34,617 nucleotides of DNA from a virus (Duplodnaviria > Caudoviricetes). The position numbers and the translations under genes were made by a program. Below, in pieces: positions 25,476-34,522 of the stretch (position 1 is its first letter; each line of letters opens with the position of its first letter). The stretch is from positions 1-34,617 of the IMG/VR virus record IMGVR_UViG_3300035140_000009. One strand, 5' to 3'. Under the pieces are notes generated by a model. The model worked only from the letters and a program-made list of their open reading frames with translations. It ran no database searches and was not told the DNA's origin.

Positions 25476-25634
25476 CCTGGGTGGATTCGAAACGAAAATT
25501 ATCCTGCTTATCCTGTCGCTGGTGCGTATGGGATTGGGCTGAACATACAACAAGATGCGAGCGGGCCAGGCCTGAATACCCGGATCCTTGTCCGCATTTT
25601 GAATATGAACCGGGTACTGATGAAGGAGAGAAAA

Positions 25635-25937
25635 ATGATAAATGAAGGTATTAATAATGCAGCCACTGAAGCTCCTGACAGGATTGTAAAACAGCAAACC
25701 TTCCTGGAGGAAACTTATGATTTTGCAGCGACTCTGAACGCTAAGGCGGAAAGTTTGCTAAACAGGATGGAGGGTATCAATGCCAGGGCCTTCGGCGCAG
25801 CTCCTCCCAGGGAAGTCGCGAAGCCAGCTGGCGAAGCTGCCGGTGTAGCGTCAGACATTAAAAATACGCTGCTCATGGTGAATGACACCCTGGAACTGCT
25901 TAACCAGGAAATCAGTCGAGCGGAGGGTATTGTCTGA
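25635..25937 (+). CDS. Hypothetical coiled-coil protein
   Basis: AAGGAG RBS before ATG 25635. Confidence 0.65.
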   Translation: MINEGINNAATEAPDRIVKQQTFLEETYDFAATLNAKAESLLNRMEGINARAFGAAPPREVAKPAGEAAGVASDIKNTLLMVNDTLELLNQEISRAEGIV

Positions 25938-26170
25938 TGTCGGATCCATTAAACGTCCAGGTCAAAGTACCTCATTGGGTGAAGTGGATAGCCGTGGACC
26001 GTAATGGTGAAGTGTTCGGCTATCGTAATGAACCTGTTAAATCAAAACATGGACAGTATTGGGTGGTTGATGAGAAACAATCGAGTATCTCATGCGCTCC
26101 CCAGGATGTATTTTTATATGCTGGATACCGTCCTCATCGCTGGCGCCAGGAGTTATACACATGGGCATGA
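25937..26170 (+). CDS. Hypothetical phage protein
   Basis: VPHWVKWIAVDRNGEVFGY..EP motif; TGATG coupling. Confidence 0.7.
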   Translation: MSDPLNVQVKVPHWVKWIAVDRNGEVFGYRNEPVKSKHGQYWVVDEKQSSISCAPQDVFLYAGYRPHRWRQELYTWA

Positions 26171-26415
26171 ATGTATTGAAATATAAATTCAGTGACCTGG
26201 CTTTCAAAATCAAGGCCATTACTCACTACGTAAATTCACATAATGATTATGCTGAGAACGCTGAGAAAAAGTTCAAGCGCTTCATTCCCAGGATTGACCT
26301 GGAGAAGGCCATTCGAGCCGTAAAGAATAAACATCACAAGTATTACGGTAATAGCAAGTACATGCCTCATCAGGGAAAGCAGGAATGTGCCAGGAGGGTA
26401 GCGCGTGGATATTGA
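26161..26415 (+). CDS. Hypothetical protein
   Basis: AGGAG RBS; C-terminal SKYMPHQGKQECARR. Confidence 0.6.
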   Translation: MGMNVLKYKFSDLAFKIKAITHYVNSHNDYAENAEKKFKRFIPRIDLEKAIRAVKNKHHKYYGNSKYMPHQGKQECARRVARGY

Positions 26416-26902
26416 CCCATACTGGAGCGGTGAAGCCCAGCTGATGGGCTATGGTGAATCAGACTCAGCCGGTGCCTGGATTAAACTCCAGGTTACCACT
26501 GAGGACCTGGCTGCTTTCCGTGGATTGAAGGGAACCTCTTTCGATGTTCTCCTGGCTAATCCCGATCAGCCTGTCGGAAAGGTTGAAGATGATAAGCCTA
26601 AGGGTGGACCCAAGAGCAAAGCTGCAGCCCTACTCTGCAAGGATCCTGATTTTCAGCGGTACTGTTATGCTCGAAGCCAGAACATAAGTCTCGAACCTGG
26701 CGCGGTGAACTATGCCTGGAATACTGAGGCTGACCGTGAGGCGAACGCTAAGAGCTTAATGTGCTACTGGTGCCATATTCAATCCAGGGCAGAACTGGAC
26801 CATGATGAGAAGGCCTGGGATTATTACCAAGCAATGACCCTCGACTTTCACAAATGGATGGAGGCCCGCGATGAAACCCGTTTATCCCATCCCGAAACCT
26901 AA
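26405..26902 (+). CDS. Hypothetical phage protein
   Basis: AGGAGG RBS, GTG start; AAALLCKDPDFQRY..CHIQSRAELD motif. Confidence 0.72.
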   Translation: MDIDPYWSGEAQLMGYGESDSAGAWIKLQVTTEDLAAFRGLKGTSFDVLLANPDQPVGKVEDDKPKGGPKSKAAALLCKDPDFQRYCYARSQNISLEPGAVNYAWNTEADREANAKSLMCYWCHIQSRAELDHDEKAWDYYQAMTLDFHKWMEARDETRLSHPET

Positions 26903-27080
26903 GAACTGGAGCGCTGCAGTAAAATCAGCGCCTGAGATACCTGGTCACGTGATACTCCAGAAGTTCAACCTGGGTAAGAAACCGGTGCACATCAACAACC
27001 TGGTTGATAATCTTGAACATCGGGATAGAATTATTGAGGATGAACTATCGAAATTCTGGCGAGCCCTGGGAGCTATGTGA
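26871..27080 (+). CDS. Hypothetical protein
   Basis: GGAGG RBS. Confidence 0.6.
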   Translation: MKPVYPIPKPKNWSAAVKSAPEIPGHVILQKFNLGKKPVHINNLVDNLEHRDRIIEDELSKFWRALGAM

Positions 27081-27280
27081 TGATGGTTAGGGAAATAATA
27101 AAACCGCAAATGACTGTTTTGCGATTCATGCACTCCAAGGGACTTGCTGAGGCCTTTTTTCAACATACTTGCTTTAAGGCCTCAAGCCTCGCGCTGTATG
27201 GCGATGAGCCAATTCATCACCCATATTCCTTCATGGCGATGATGGCATTCTGGAAAAAGCTGAAACTGGGAGCAAGGTAA
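27077..27280 (+). CDS. Hypothetical protein
   Basis: Coupled ORF in the rightward operon. Confidence 0.5.
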   Translation: MMMVREIIKPQMTVLRFMHSKGLAEAFFQHTCFKASSLALYGDEPIHHPYSFMAMMAFWKKLKLGAR

Positions 27281-27499
27281 TTGATAAATCCATTTTTTCA
27301 TCGGCACCCTGGTCATGTGATGAGGCCCAGGTTTTTCTGTCGAGCGTATTATGACCCGATGAGGGATAGATATATATGCGCCTTGTTCCCATTTCATTAC
27401 TTGATAATGTTTGCCTGGTGGTTAAATTATCGCTGGTGCAAGTATGCCGGGAAGACTTCCTGGATAGATAACCTGACTGATGTAAAGAGATTTCAATGA
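27281..27499 (+). CDS. Hypothetical protein
   Basis: GGAG upstream, TTG start, ATGA-coupled to the small terminase gene. Confidence 0.45.
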   Translation: MINPFFHRHPGHVMRPRFFCRAYYDPMRDRYICALFPFHYLIMFAWWLNYRWCKYAGKTSWIDNLTDVKRFQ

Positions 27500-28029
27500 G
27501 TAAACTCACAGCCAAACAGGAACTCTTTATCCAGGAATACCTGGTTGACCTCAATGCGAAACAAGCTGCAATTCGAGCTGGTTACAGTGAGAATACAGCT
27601 GAACAGCAAGGCTCCAGACTGTTGAGTAATGTTAAGGTTGCAGCTGCTGTTGAGGAAGCCAAGGCTGAGCGCCTGGAAAGAACGAAATTCAATGCCGATA
27701 AGATCCTGATTCACCTGAGCGAGATTACTGAGGCGGATATAGGTGACATCCTGGATGAGCAAGATTGTTTCCTGCCGGTAAAGCAATGGCCCAAGATATG
27801 GCGTCAAATGCTCACTGGTATGGATGTCCGCAAGGAATTCGAAGGTCGCGGTGATGACCGGGAGCATGTTGCTAATACCATCAAGGTCAAGTTCCTGGAC
27901 CGCCTGAAGGGTATTGAGATGATTGGCAAGCATGTCGATGTCCAGGCCTGGAAGGAAAAGGTCGAACTGGATACGCCACTGGTAATCGTCAAGGACCTAG
28001 CAGGAGGAAAGCTTGCAACCTCAGATTGA
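27496..28029 (+). CDS. terS: Terminase small subunit
   Basis: LTAKQELFIQEYLVDLNAKQAAIRAGYS..TAEQQGSRLL..IKVKFLDRLKGIEMIGKH. Confidence 0.95.
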   Translation: MSKLTAKQELFIQEYLVDLNAKQAAIRAGYSENTAEQQGSRLLSNVKVAAAVEEAKAERLERTKFNADKILIHLSEITEADIGDILDEQDCFLPVKQWPKIWRQMLTGMDVRKEFEGRGDDREHVANTIKVKFLDRLKGIEMIGKHVDVQAWKEKVELDTPLVIVKDLAGGKLATSD

Positions 28030-29461
28030 ATATCACATTGACCCGCCTGGTGATGAGCTCCGAGCTTTTTACCGGGACCGGGAACGAAATACGATGATAA
28101 TGGGTCCCCTGGGCTCAGCTAAGACAGCAACATCCTGCCAGAAGATATTCCGCCTCATGTGCGAACAGGCGCCTAATGCTGAGGGTATCAGGCCCTCTCG
28201 CTATTACGCTGTTCGCAATACCTATCCTGACCTGGAAACTACGACTATCAAAGATTGGCTGGCTCTCTATGGTGAGCTGGGTCAAATGAAGTACGGTCAT
28301 CCGCCTGTTCATACGCTCCGCTTCATGCTGGAGGACAGAACAATCGTACAGTCTGAGGTCGTCTTCCTGGCCCTGGATAGACAGGACGCCATCAAGAAAC
28401 TTCGAGGCTCCCAGGTAACCGGATTCTGGCTGAATGAAACCAAGGAGCTGATTCGCGGTGTAATCGATATGGCTGACTTACGTCATGGGCGCTATCCATC
28501 GATGGCTGATGGTGGAGTCAAACCGTCCTGGCATGGGATGATAGGTGATTACAATGCTCCGGATGAGGACCACTTCCTTTACAAGTGGGCTGAAGAGGAT
28601 AAACCCCTGGGCTGGAACTTCTACCGGCAACCTGGCGGGCTGATTAAGTCTGGTGATACCTGGGTCCAGAACCCTGAGGCTGAGAACCTGGAGAACTTAC
28701 CTGAGGGATATTACATCCGCGGTATGCAGGGTAAAAAACCCGATTGGATTAAGGTCAATCTGGCGAATGAGTATGGCTTCGTCATGGATGGTAAACCTAT
28801 CTATCCCGAGTTTATTGATTCAGTACACGTAGCCAGGGAGCCTCTTGAAGCAATACCAGGGAGAACGATATACGTGGGTATCGATTTCGGACTGACCCCT
28901 GCAGCAATATTCGGACAGAAGGATGTCCTGGGACGCTGGCGCTGGATCCATGAGTTAGTGACTGAGGACATGGGCGCTAAGCGATTCGGCAAGCTCCTGT
29001 CTGCTGAATGTAAAGCGAAATATCCTGGCTTTGAGTTTGAGTTCATTGGTGACCCAGCTGGCGATGACAGAGCCCAGGGTGATGATGAAATCACAGCATT
29101 CAAGATGCTGAGGGCCAATGGTATCAATGCCAGGCCAGCGAGTACCAATGACCCAGTAATCCGCCGTGAGGCTGTTGCTGAGCCACTGTCCAGGTTAATC
29201 GATGGCAAACCAGGCCTGATAATCTCTCCCACTCTGACAGTGACCAGGAAAGGCATGGCTGGCGGTTACTGTTACAAGCGCTTACAGGTAGCCGGTGATG
29301 ACCGATTCCATGATAAGCCTGATAAGAACAAGTATTCTCATCCATGTGAAGCTGGTCAGTACCTGATGCTGGGCGGTGGTGAAGGAACTGAAGTTATCAA
29401 GACCGCTAACACCCAGACTCAACCTGTTGTTATGCAGCAGGATTGGAGCCCTTTTGATTAG
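28013..29461 (+). CDS. terL: Terminase large subunit
   Basis: MGPLGSAKT Walker A-like, VRNTYPDL, FWLNE Walker B, NAP, GIDFGLTPA nuclease, SHPCEAGQY; AGGAGG plus TTG start. Confidence 0.93.
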   Translation: MQPQIEYHIDPPGDELRAFYRDRERNTMIMGPLGSAKTATSCQKIFRLMCEQAPNAEGIRPSRYYAVRNTYPDLETTTIKDWLALYGELGQMKYGHPPVHTLRFMLEDRTIVQSEVVFLALDRQDAIKKLRGSQVTGFWLNETKELIRGVIDMADLRHGRYPSMADGGVKPSWHGMIGDYNAPDEDHFLYKWAEEDKPLGWNFYRQPGGLIKSGDTWVQNPEAENLENLPEGYYIRGMQGKKPDWIKVNLANEYGFVMDGKPIYPEFIDSVHVAREPLEAIPGRTIYVGIDFGLTPAAIFGQKDVLGRWRWIHELVTEDMGAKRFGKLLSAECKAKYPGFEFEFIGDPAGDDRAQGDDEITAFKMLRANGINARPASTNDPVIRREAVAEPLSRLIDGKPGLIISPTLTVTRKGMAGGYCYKRLQVAGDDRFHDKPDKNKYSHPCEAGQYLMLGGGEGTEVIKTANTQTQPVVMQQDWSPFD

Positions 29462-29462
29462 G

Positions 29463-29891
29463 GTGAAGGCACCCAGGACACTCCTGGACCTGGCGAAACA
29501 TAATGAGATTACCTGGTATGTCATCTTTACCGATTCACCCAGGGATTACTGGTGGACCCGCTGGCTCAGGCCTGGTTATCGTCATATTTACGCGATTAAA
29601 TGGGATGGCTTCAACTGGATAAAGCTGGAGCCGTTTACCAGTTATGTCGATGTGAGTATTCTGCCATACGGACCAGGCGCCCGGATTCATGATGTTGTTA
29701 ATCCGAAAGGGAATGATATACTCCGAGTAACGCGGTACTGCGAAAGGGATTGGATTCGCGCTCCGTGGATATTCGGACCGATGACTTGCGTCGAAGGAAT
29801 AAAGGCACTCCTGGGCATTCGAGCGATTCATATATGGACCCCATGGCAATTAAGTAATTACTTGAGGAAACATTATGGGCAGCAAACCTAA
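29463..29891 (+). CDS. Hypothetical protein between terminase and portal
   Basis: WYVIF..LRPGYRH..TCVEGIKALLGI...WTPWQL..YL; possible His/Cys (thiol-peptidase-like) site, unverified. Confidence 0.7.
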   Translation: MKAPRTLLDLAKHNEITWYVIFTDSPRDYWWTRWLRPGYRHIYAIKWDGFNWIKLEPFTSYVDVSILPYGPGARIHDVVNPKGNDILRVTRYCERDWIRAPWIFGPMTCVEGIKALLGIRAIHIWTPWQLSNYLRKHYGQQT

Positions 29892-30276
29892 GGCTCCAGC
29901 GCCGTCAAAGGAAGAGCGAGCATTATTGAAAATGCAGCTCGAAGAGAAGCAACGACTCAAGTCCCAGGTTGAACAAAAAAAAGAAGCAATGAGGCGAGGA
30001 CGCCTGGGGAGACGCTCCCTGTTATCCGGTGAGGCTCGAGGTGTTGTTGAAGGTCGTGACCGTCAGATGAAGCCTGAAATCCCTGAGGAACAGCTGGCCC
30101 GCTCACCTGAACCGCCTGAGAAAGGCGGAAGTCCCTGGCTCAAGCGATTTGTTACGGGTCGATTCGGATCCCCATTGATACCAGGCACTGAAGAAGGAAC
30201 CCGAGAAGAAAGAAAGGATTCCGCTATTCAACTCACTGAAAGACAACGAAGACTGACTCCAGGATTTCGCGCATGA
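29875..30276 (+). CDS. Small pre-portal virion protein (T7 gp7.3/6.7-like position)
   Basis: MGSKPKAPAP start, RRGRLGRRSLLSG; immediately before the portal gene. Confidence 0.6.
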   Translation: MGSKPKAPAPSKEERALLKMQLEEKQRLKSQVEQKKEAMRRGRLGRRSLLSGEARGVVEGRDRQMKPEIPEEQLARSPEPPEKGGSPWLKRFVTGRFGSPLIPGTEEGTREERKDSAIQLTERQRRLTPGFRA

Positions 30277-31808
30277 GTAAATATTCCTTACCCTCAACCC
30301 TGGGCGGATTTGAAAAAATCCTGAAGCGAATCAAAGCAGCCAAGGCAAAGCGAGACGAGTGGGTCCCGCATTTACGCGACTGCTATGAATACGCATTACC
30401 CCAGCGAGAAGTCTTCACCCTATACGCTCAGGGCCAGAAGAAGAACACACACATTTATGACGATACTGCAGTCATCGCGCTCCAGAAGTTCGCGAGTCAG
30501 CTGCAAACCAGGATTGTTCCGCCCTGGCGTCAATGGTCAATGCTACGACCAGGCTCCGAGATTCCTGAGGACCAGCATGAAGGTATCCAGGAAGACCTGG
30601 ACAGTGTGACCAAGGTCATCTTTGACCATATCAACCACTCGAACTTTTCTACCCAGGCAAATGAATGTTTCCTGGAGCTGGGTATCGGTACTGGTGCCTT
30701 AATCTGTAATGAGGGTGAAGGTGACAATCTCTTGGATTTCCAGGCAGTCCCTGTCGCTGAAATCATGCCTGAGGAAGGTCCGAGCGGGACCATCGATACA
30801 GTATGGCGAGAGCATGAGGTCATAGTATCGAACATCAAACAAACCTGGCCTGGCGCTGACCTGGCTCAGCCTATGGAGAAACTCCTGAAGGACAAACCTC
30901 AGGATAAGGTCAAACTATTCTCCGGCTCAGTCTATTGTCCGAAAACCAAGCAGTATCACACTCTGGTCCTGGACAAGAAAAACAAGCATGTCATATTCCT
31001 GCAGTCCTCAGATACATCCGCCTGGATTGTGCCTCGCTGGACTGTTGTCGCGGGTGAGACTTTCGGGCGCGGTCCCGTCATGTCGGTACTGCCCACTATC
31101 AAGACCTGTAACAAGGTTGTTGAACTCACCCTGAGAAATGCTGCTCTGGCTATCTCTGGTACTTATACAGGCGTGAATGATGGTGTAATGAATCCATTTA
31201 CCGCTCGCCTGGCACCTGGGACCATCATCCCGGTCGGCTCGAACAGTAACCAGAATCCATCGCTCAAGGCCCTGGACCGCTCCGGTGACTTCAATGTTTC
31301 CGAGCTTATCCTGGCTGATATGCGTGAGGATATTAAGATGGCGCTGTTCAGCTCACTTCGCCAGGCTGAGGGACCGGTTAAATCCGCTACTGAAATAGCC
31401 CTGGATAATCAGGAGCTGTTACAGCATATCGGTTCATCCTTTGGTCGATTAGAGACTGAGTTTGTTGAGCGTACTTTGAAGCGAGTCGTGGACATCCTGA
31501 GCCGTAACGGTAAGATTCCGCCTATTCGCGTCGATGGTAAGCAAATTACCCTGAAACACACTTCTCCTCTGGCTAAGGCCCAGGATATGGATGACCTGCT
31601 GGTTTATCAGCAGTATGTTGAGGCGGTATCGATGCTGGGTCCTGAAGTTATGATTATGGGAACCAAGGTCGAGGAGATACCGGAATTTGTCGGTAAGAAG
31701 CTGGGCCTGGATTCTAAGCTGCTCCGTGATACGGGTGAGAAACAGCAGATGAAGGAACAAGTCGCTGCAATGATGGCGCAAATGCAAGCTGGAGGAGCTG
31801 AGCAATGA
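30273..31808 (+). CDS. Portal / head-tail connector (T7 gp8-like)
   Basis: CYEYALPQR, YDDTA, SNF, GTG, RW..GE.FGRGP, SATEI, GRLETEF, SPLAKAQ motifs. Confidence 0.95.
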   Translation: MSKYSLPSTLGGFEKILKRIKAAKAKRDEWVPHLRDCYEYALPQREVFTLYAQGQKKNTHIYDDTAVIALQKFASQLQTRIVPPWRQWSMLRPGSEIPEDQHEGIQEDLDSVTKVIFDHINHSNFSTQANECFLELGIGTGALICNEGEGDNLLDFQAVPVAEIMPEEGPSGTIDTVWREHEVIVSNIKQTWPGADLAQPMEKLLKDKPQDKVKLFSGSVYCPKTKQYHTLVLDKKNKHVIFLQSSDTSAWIVPRWTVVAGETFGRGPVMSVLPTIKTCNKVVELTLRNAALAISGTYTGVNDGVMNPFTARLAPGTIIPVGSNSNQNPSLKALDRSGDFNVSELILADMREDIKMALFSSLRQAEGPVKSATEIALDNQELLQHIGSSFGRLETEFVERTLKRVVDILSRNGKIPPIRVDGKQITLKHTSPLAKAQDMDDLLVYQQYVEAVSMLGPEVMIMGTKVEEIPEFVGKKLGLDSKLLRDTGEKQQMKEQVAAMMAQMQAGGAEQ

Positions 31809-32110
31809 GTGAACACCTGGCTGAAATTGTCGAGCTACAAGGCTGGGCAACATTAGAGATTGATGATGAAGGGATTAGACAAACCCAGGAAGAGCAAGCA
31901 GAGAAGGCGCGTGAGATTGCCTCCCTGTTTCATCGCGTGTTCAAACAGAACGCTGATGGCAAGAGGCTGCTTAACCTGATGATGGAGGCAACCCTGCTCC
32001 GTCCTACTGTCCTCCCTGATTCAACTGAGTTTGACGCTGGTATCCGCGAGGGTCGATGCGACATGGTAAGACAGATATTGCAAAATATCGAACTGGCAGA
32101 AAGAGAATAA
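31805..32110 (+). CDS. Bbp19-like protein
   Basis: F...DGKRLL..M......REGR...V..I pattern between portal and scaffold. Confidence 0.65.
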   Translation: MSEHLAEIVELQGWATLEIDDEGIRQTQEEQAEKAREIASLFHRVFKQNADGKRLLNLMMEATLLRPTVLPDSTEFDAGIREGRCDMVRQILQNIELAERE

Positions 32111-32125
32111 CCCCAGGAGAAAATT

Positions 32126-32968
32126 ATGAATTTATTTAAAAACTATTTTGGTCGTGTTTATCGAGAAGAAGCTGGCGAGGAAGGTGAAGCTGGTGGCGGT
32201 GCCGGTGGTGAGAGCCTCCTGGATGGCGCTGGCGGTGGTACCCCTGGCGATGGTGAAGAGCCTGGTGGCGAAGGTGAACAAGGCTGGTTTTACGCTGAAG
32301 GCGTAGCTGGTGAAGGTGACCGCCCTGAATATCTCCAGGAGAAGTACAAAACCCTGGCGGACCAGGCAGCTGCATATCCTGAACTGGCTAAGAAGCTGGG
32401 CGCTTATACCGGTGCACCTGAAGAGTATGATCTGACATTACCTGAAGGCGCCCAGGAACATCTTGAAATTGACCTGGAGAATGAGAATACTCAGGCTTTC
32501 CTGGATTATGCGAAAGAACAAGGTATCTCCCAGGAGTCCATGGGTGAGATGCTGAAGTTCCATACTCAAGCAATGTCTGAGGCCCTGGCGGACTATGTTC
32601 CTGACCGTGATGCGGAAATGGCTGCATTGGGTAAAGATGCGGAGAGTCGCATTAACAACCTGGCTGATTGGGGTAAGGCAAACCTGGACCAGGAGTCTTT
32701 TGACCGGCTTCGTATGTTGACCACTACAGCTGACGGTATTCAGCTGGTGGAGACCTTGGTGAATATGACCAGGGAAGCTCCCACTCCTACTGATATCGAC
32801 AATACTCCATCCGGTAAAACAGCGGAGGAACTTCGTGAGATGCGCTATGCCAAGGATGATAATGGTCAGCTCAAATATCAGGTAGATCCTGAGTATAAGA
32901 AAATGGTTGATGAGGAATACAAGAAACTCTATGGCACTGGTCCGAAAAAAGAGGTAGTATCTCTCTGA
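32126..32968 (+). CDS. Capsid scaffolding protein
   Basis: Acidic G/E-rich N-terminus, RPEYL.EKY..AY.EL.KKLG, APEEY, C-terminal Y..DPEY...V; precedes the capsid gene. Confidence 0.88.
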   Translation: MNLFKNYFGRVYREEAGEEGEAGGGAGGESLLDGAGGGTPGDGEEPGGEGEQGWFYAEGVAGEGDRPEYLQEKYKTLADQAAAYPELAKKLGAYTGAPEEYDLTLPEGAQEHLEIDLENENTQAFLDYAKEQGISQESMGEMLKFHTQAMSEALADYVPDRDAEMAALGKDAESRINNLADWGKANLDQESFDRLRMLTTTADGIQLVETLVNMTREAPTPTDIDNTPSGKTAEELREMRYAKDDNGQLKYQVDPEYKKMVDEEYKKLYGTGPKKEVVSL

Positions 32969-33000
32969 ACTCCTTCCATCCTCCTTATGGTGGTATTTAT

Positions 33001-33028
33001 AGCCCGGTCCCCAGCCGGGCTTTTTTTT
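33001..33028 (+). terminator. Intrinsic terminator after scaffold
   Basis: AGCCCGG-TCCCCAG-CCGGGCT followed by a T-run. Confidence 0.85.
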
Positions 33029-33029
33029 G

Positions 33030-33057
33030 TTGCAAATAATTACAGCCTTGCTATATT
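33030..33057 (+). promoter_or_regulatory. Putative capsid-operon promoter
   Basis: TTGCAA-16-TATATT with extended -10 TG, immediately after the terminator. Confidence 0.5.
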
Positions 33058-33061
33058 GCAG

Positions 33062-33278
33062 TTTAAGGGTGTAGTGACGAGCGCCATGTATTATCCGTCA
33101 CCAGCTAGAGTTCACTGATGCTTGACTTCGAGAAGGTGAGAGGCCTTTAAAAATTTAGGAAGTCATGACTCGCTTCCTGTCATACCCGGATACCCTGGTC
33201 CTCCAGGCCCGATAAGTAAGACGAACATAGTGATTCGGCCCTTATTGGATACCTGAATCGAAAGAGCAAGAACTTATT
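33062..33278 (+). ncRNA. Candidate structured RNA / capsid mRNA leader
   Basis: Several stems visible by eye, including two hairpins sharing a GGATACC/GGCCC internal loop. Confidence 0.45.
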
Positions 33279-33308
33279 TTGTTTTTTTGATAACTCGGAG
33301 GACATATC

Positions 33309-34133
33309 ATGTCTAAAGAACTTAGCGCTGCAGCTCAGCAGCAGTTTGACGATGATGTCAAACACGCCTTTCAAGGCAAGGGCATGCTACGTGATACGGT
33401 TACTATCCGTAATAACGTAACAGCCGACATTTACAAATTCCGCAAAATGGGCAAAGGCCTGGCGAACCAGAAACCTTCGCAAGCTGACGTAACTCCTATG
33501 GATGTTTCTCACGCGAAGATTGATTGTGCGCTGGAGAACTGGAATGCGCCTGAATATACGGACATCTTTGACCAGGCTGAGGTCAACTTCGATGAACAGC
33601 AGGAGCTCGCGCAAGTAATTGCAATGGCCCTGGGTCGTCGTTTGGATCAGCTGATTATCGATGCCCTGGAAGCTGCAACTCCAGCAGCAACTATCGTTCA
33701 TGGCTCAGCTGGTATGACCCTGGCTAAAATCACTCAGGCCTCTAAGGAGCTGAATGATAAGGGTGTTCCAAGTGGTGACCGCTATGCTGCTGTTTCTGCA
33801 GCTGCCCTGGAAGACATGCTGAATGATTCCACTATCACCTCAGCGGATTACAACTCCGTTAAGGCTCTAATGAGTGCTGAAATCAATTCATTCATGGGCT
33901 TCACCTGGAAGGTCATCGAGACACGTGATGAAGGCGGTTTACCGCTGGCTAGTACTACTCGTACTAATTACTTCTATCACAAGTCAGCGATTGGCCTGGC
34001 TATTGGTATCGATATTAAATCCGAAGTGAACTACATCGCTCAAAAGACTTCATGGCTCGCTAATGGCGTGATGAAGGCTGGCGCTGTTGCTCGCGATGGT
34101 GATGGTATCGTTCATTGCGAAATCACTGAGTAA
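33309..34133 (+). CDS. Major capsid protein
   Basis: F...VKHAFQ..LR.TV, EYTDIFDQAEVNFDE, ALGRRLDQLIIDAL, FMGF.W motifs; GGAGG RBS. Confidence 0.93.
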   Translation: MSKELSAAAQQQFDDDVKHAFQGKGMLRDTVTIRNNVTADIYKFRKMGKGLANQKPSQADVTPMDVSHAKIDCALENWNAPEYTDIFDQAEVNFDEQQELAQVIAMALGRRLDQLIIDALEAATPAATIVHGSAGMTLAKITQASKELNDKGVPSGDRYAAVSAAALEDMLNDSTITSADYNSVKALMSAEINSFMGFTWKVIETRDEGGLPLASTTRTNYFYHKSAIGLAIGIDIKSEVNYIAQKTSWLANGVMKAGAVARDGDGIVHCEITE

Positions 34134-34161
34134 TCAGTGACTTAATAGAGGAGATATAGCA

Positions 34162-34434
34162 ATGGCTTATACACATCCTGGCTTACAACGTATCGGTCCA
34201 GCTCATTCGGATTATCCTGTATTGTGGGCGTATTATCACGCCACTGACGCGCAAGCGGATGTCAATACTGAAGGCTACTTCAATGATGCTTCGGACGATG
34301 TGAACGTGGGTGATGTCATTATGGCTCACCTGGGTGGCTCTGGCGCTGTTGTGCTGTTCAATGTACTGTCAAACGCTGCTGGCGTAGTTGACGTTGCTGA
34401 CGGCCTGGCATTAGGCGTAACCGATACTGACTAA
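34162..34434 (+). CDS. Putative capsid decoration/minor head protein
   Basis: W.Y...D....V...GYFN.....VGDVI motif; directly after the capsid gene, GAGGAG RBS. Confidence 0.65.
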   Translation: MAYTHPGLQRIGPAHSDYPVLWAYYHATDAQADVNTEGYFNDASDDVNVGDVIMAHLGGSGAVVLFNVLSNAAGVVDVADGLALGVTDTD

Positions 34435-34484
34435 CTTTGGTTAGTCGCACCGAGTTCGGTCATTCTTTGGGTGACCGCCTGGGG

Positions 34485-34522
34485 GCGGGTAAGGAGCTCC
34501 GGTTCCTTACCCGTTTTTTTTT
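34485..34522 (+). terminator. Intrinsic terminator after the head genes (position analogous to T7 T-phi)
   Basis: 13-bp stem GCGGGTAAGGAGC/GTTCCTTACCCGT with a C(UCCG)G tetraloop plus T-run. Confidence 0.88.

Noticed and set aside
33110-33150. Hammerhead ribozyme or tRNA near CTGATG..TTCGA
   Set aside because: Lacks the CUGANGA/GAAA core and a cloverleaf; kept only as an unassigned structured candidate.
34120-34165. Programmed frameshift or read-through extending the capsid protein (T7 10B-like)
   Set aside because: No slippery site seen; a second in-frame TAA follows four codons later; the next gene has its own RBS.
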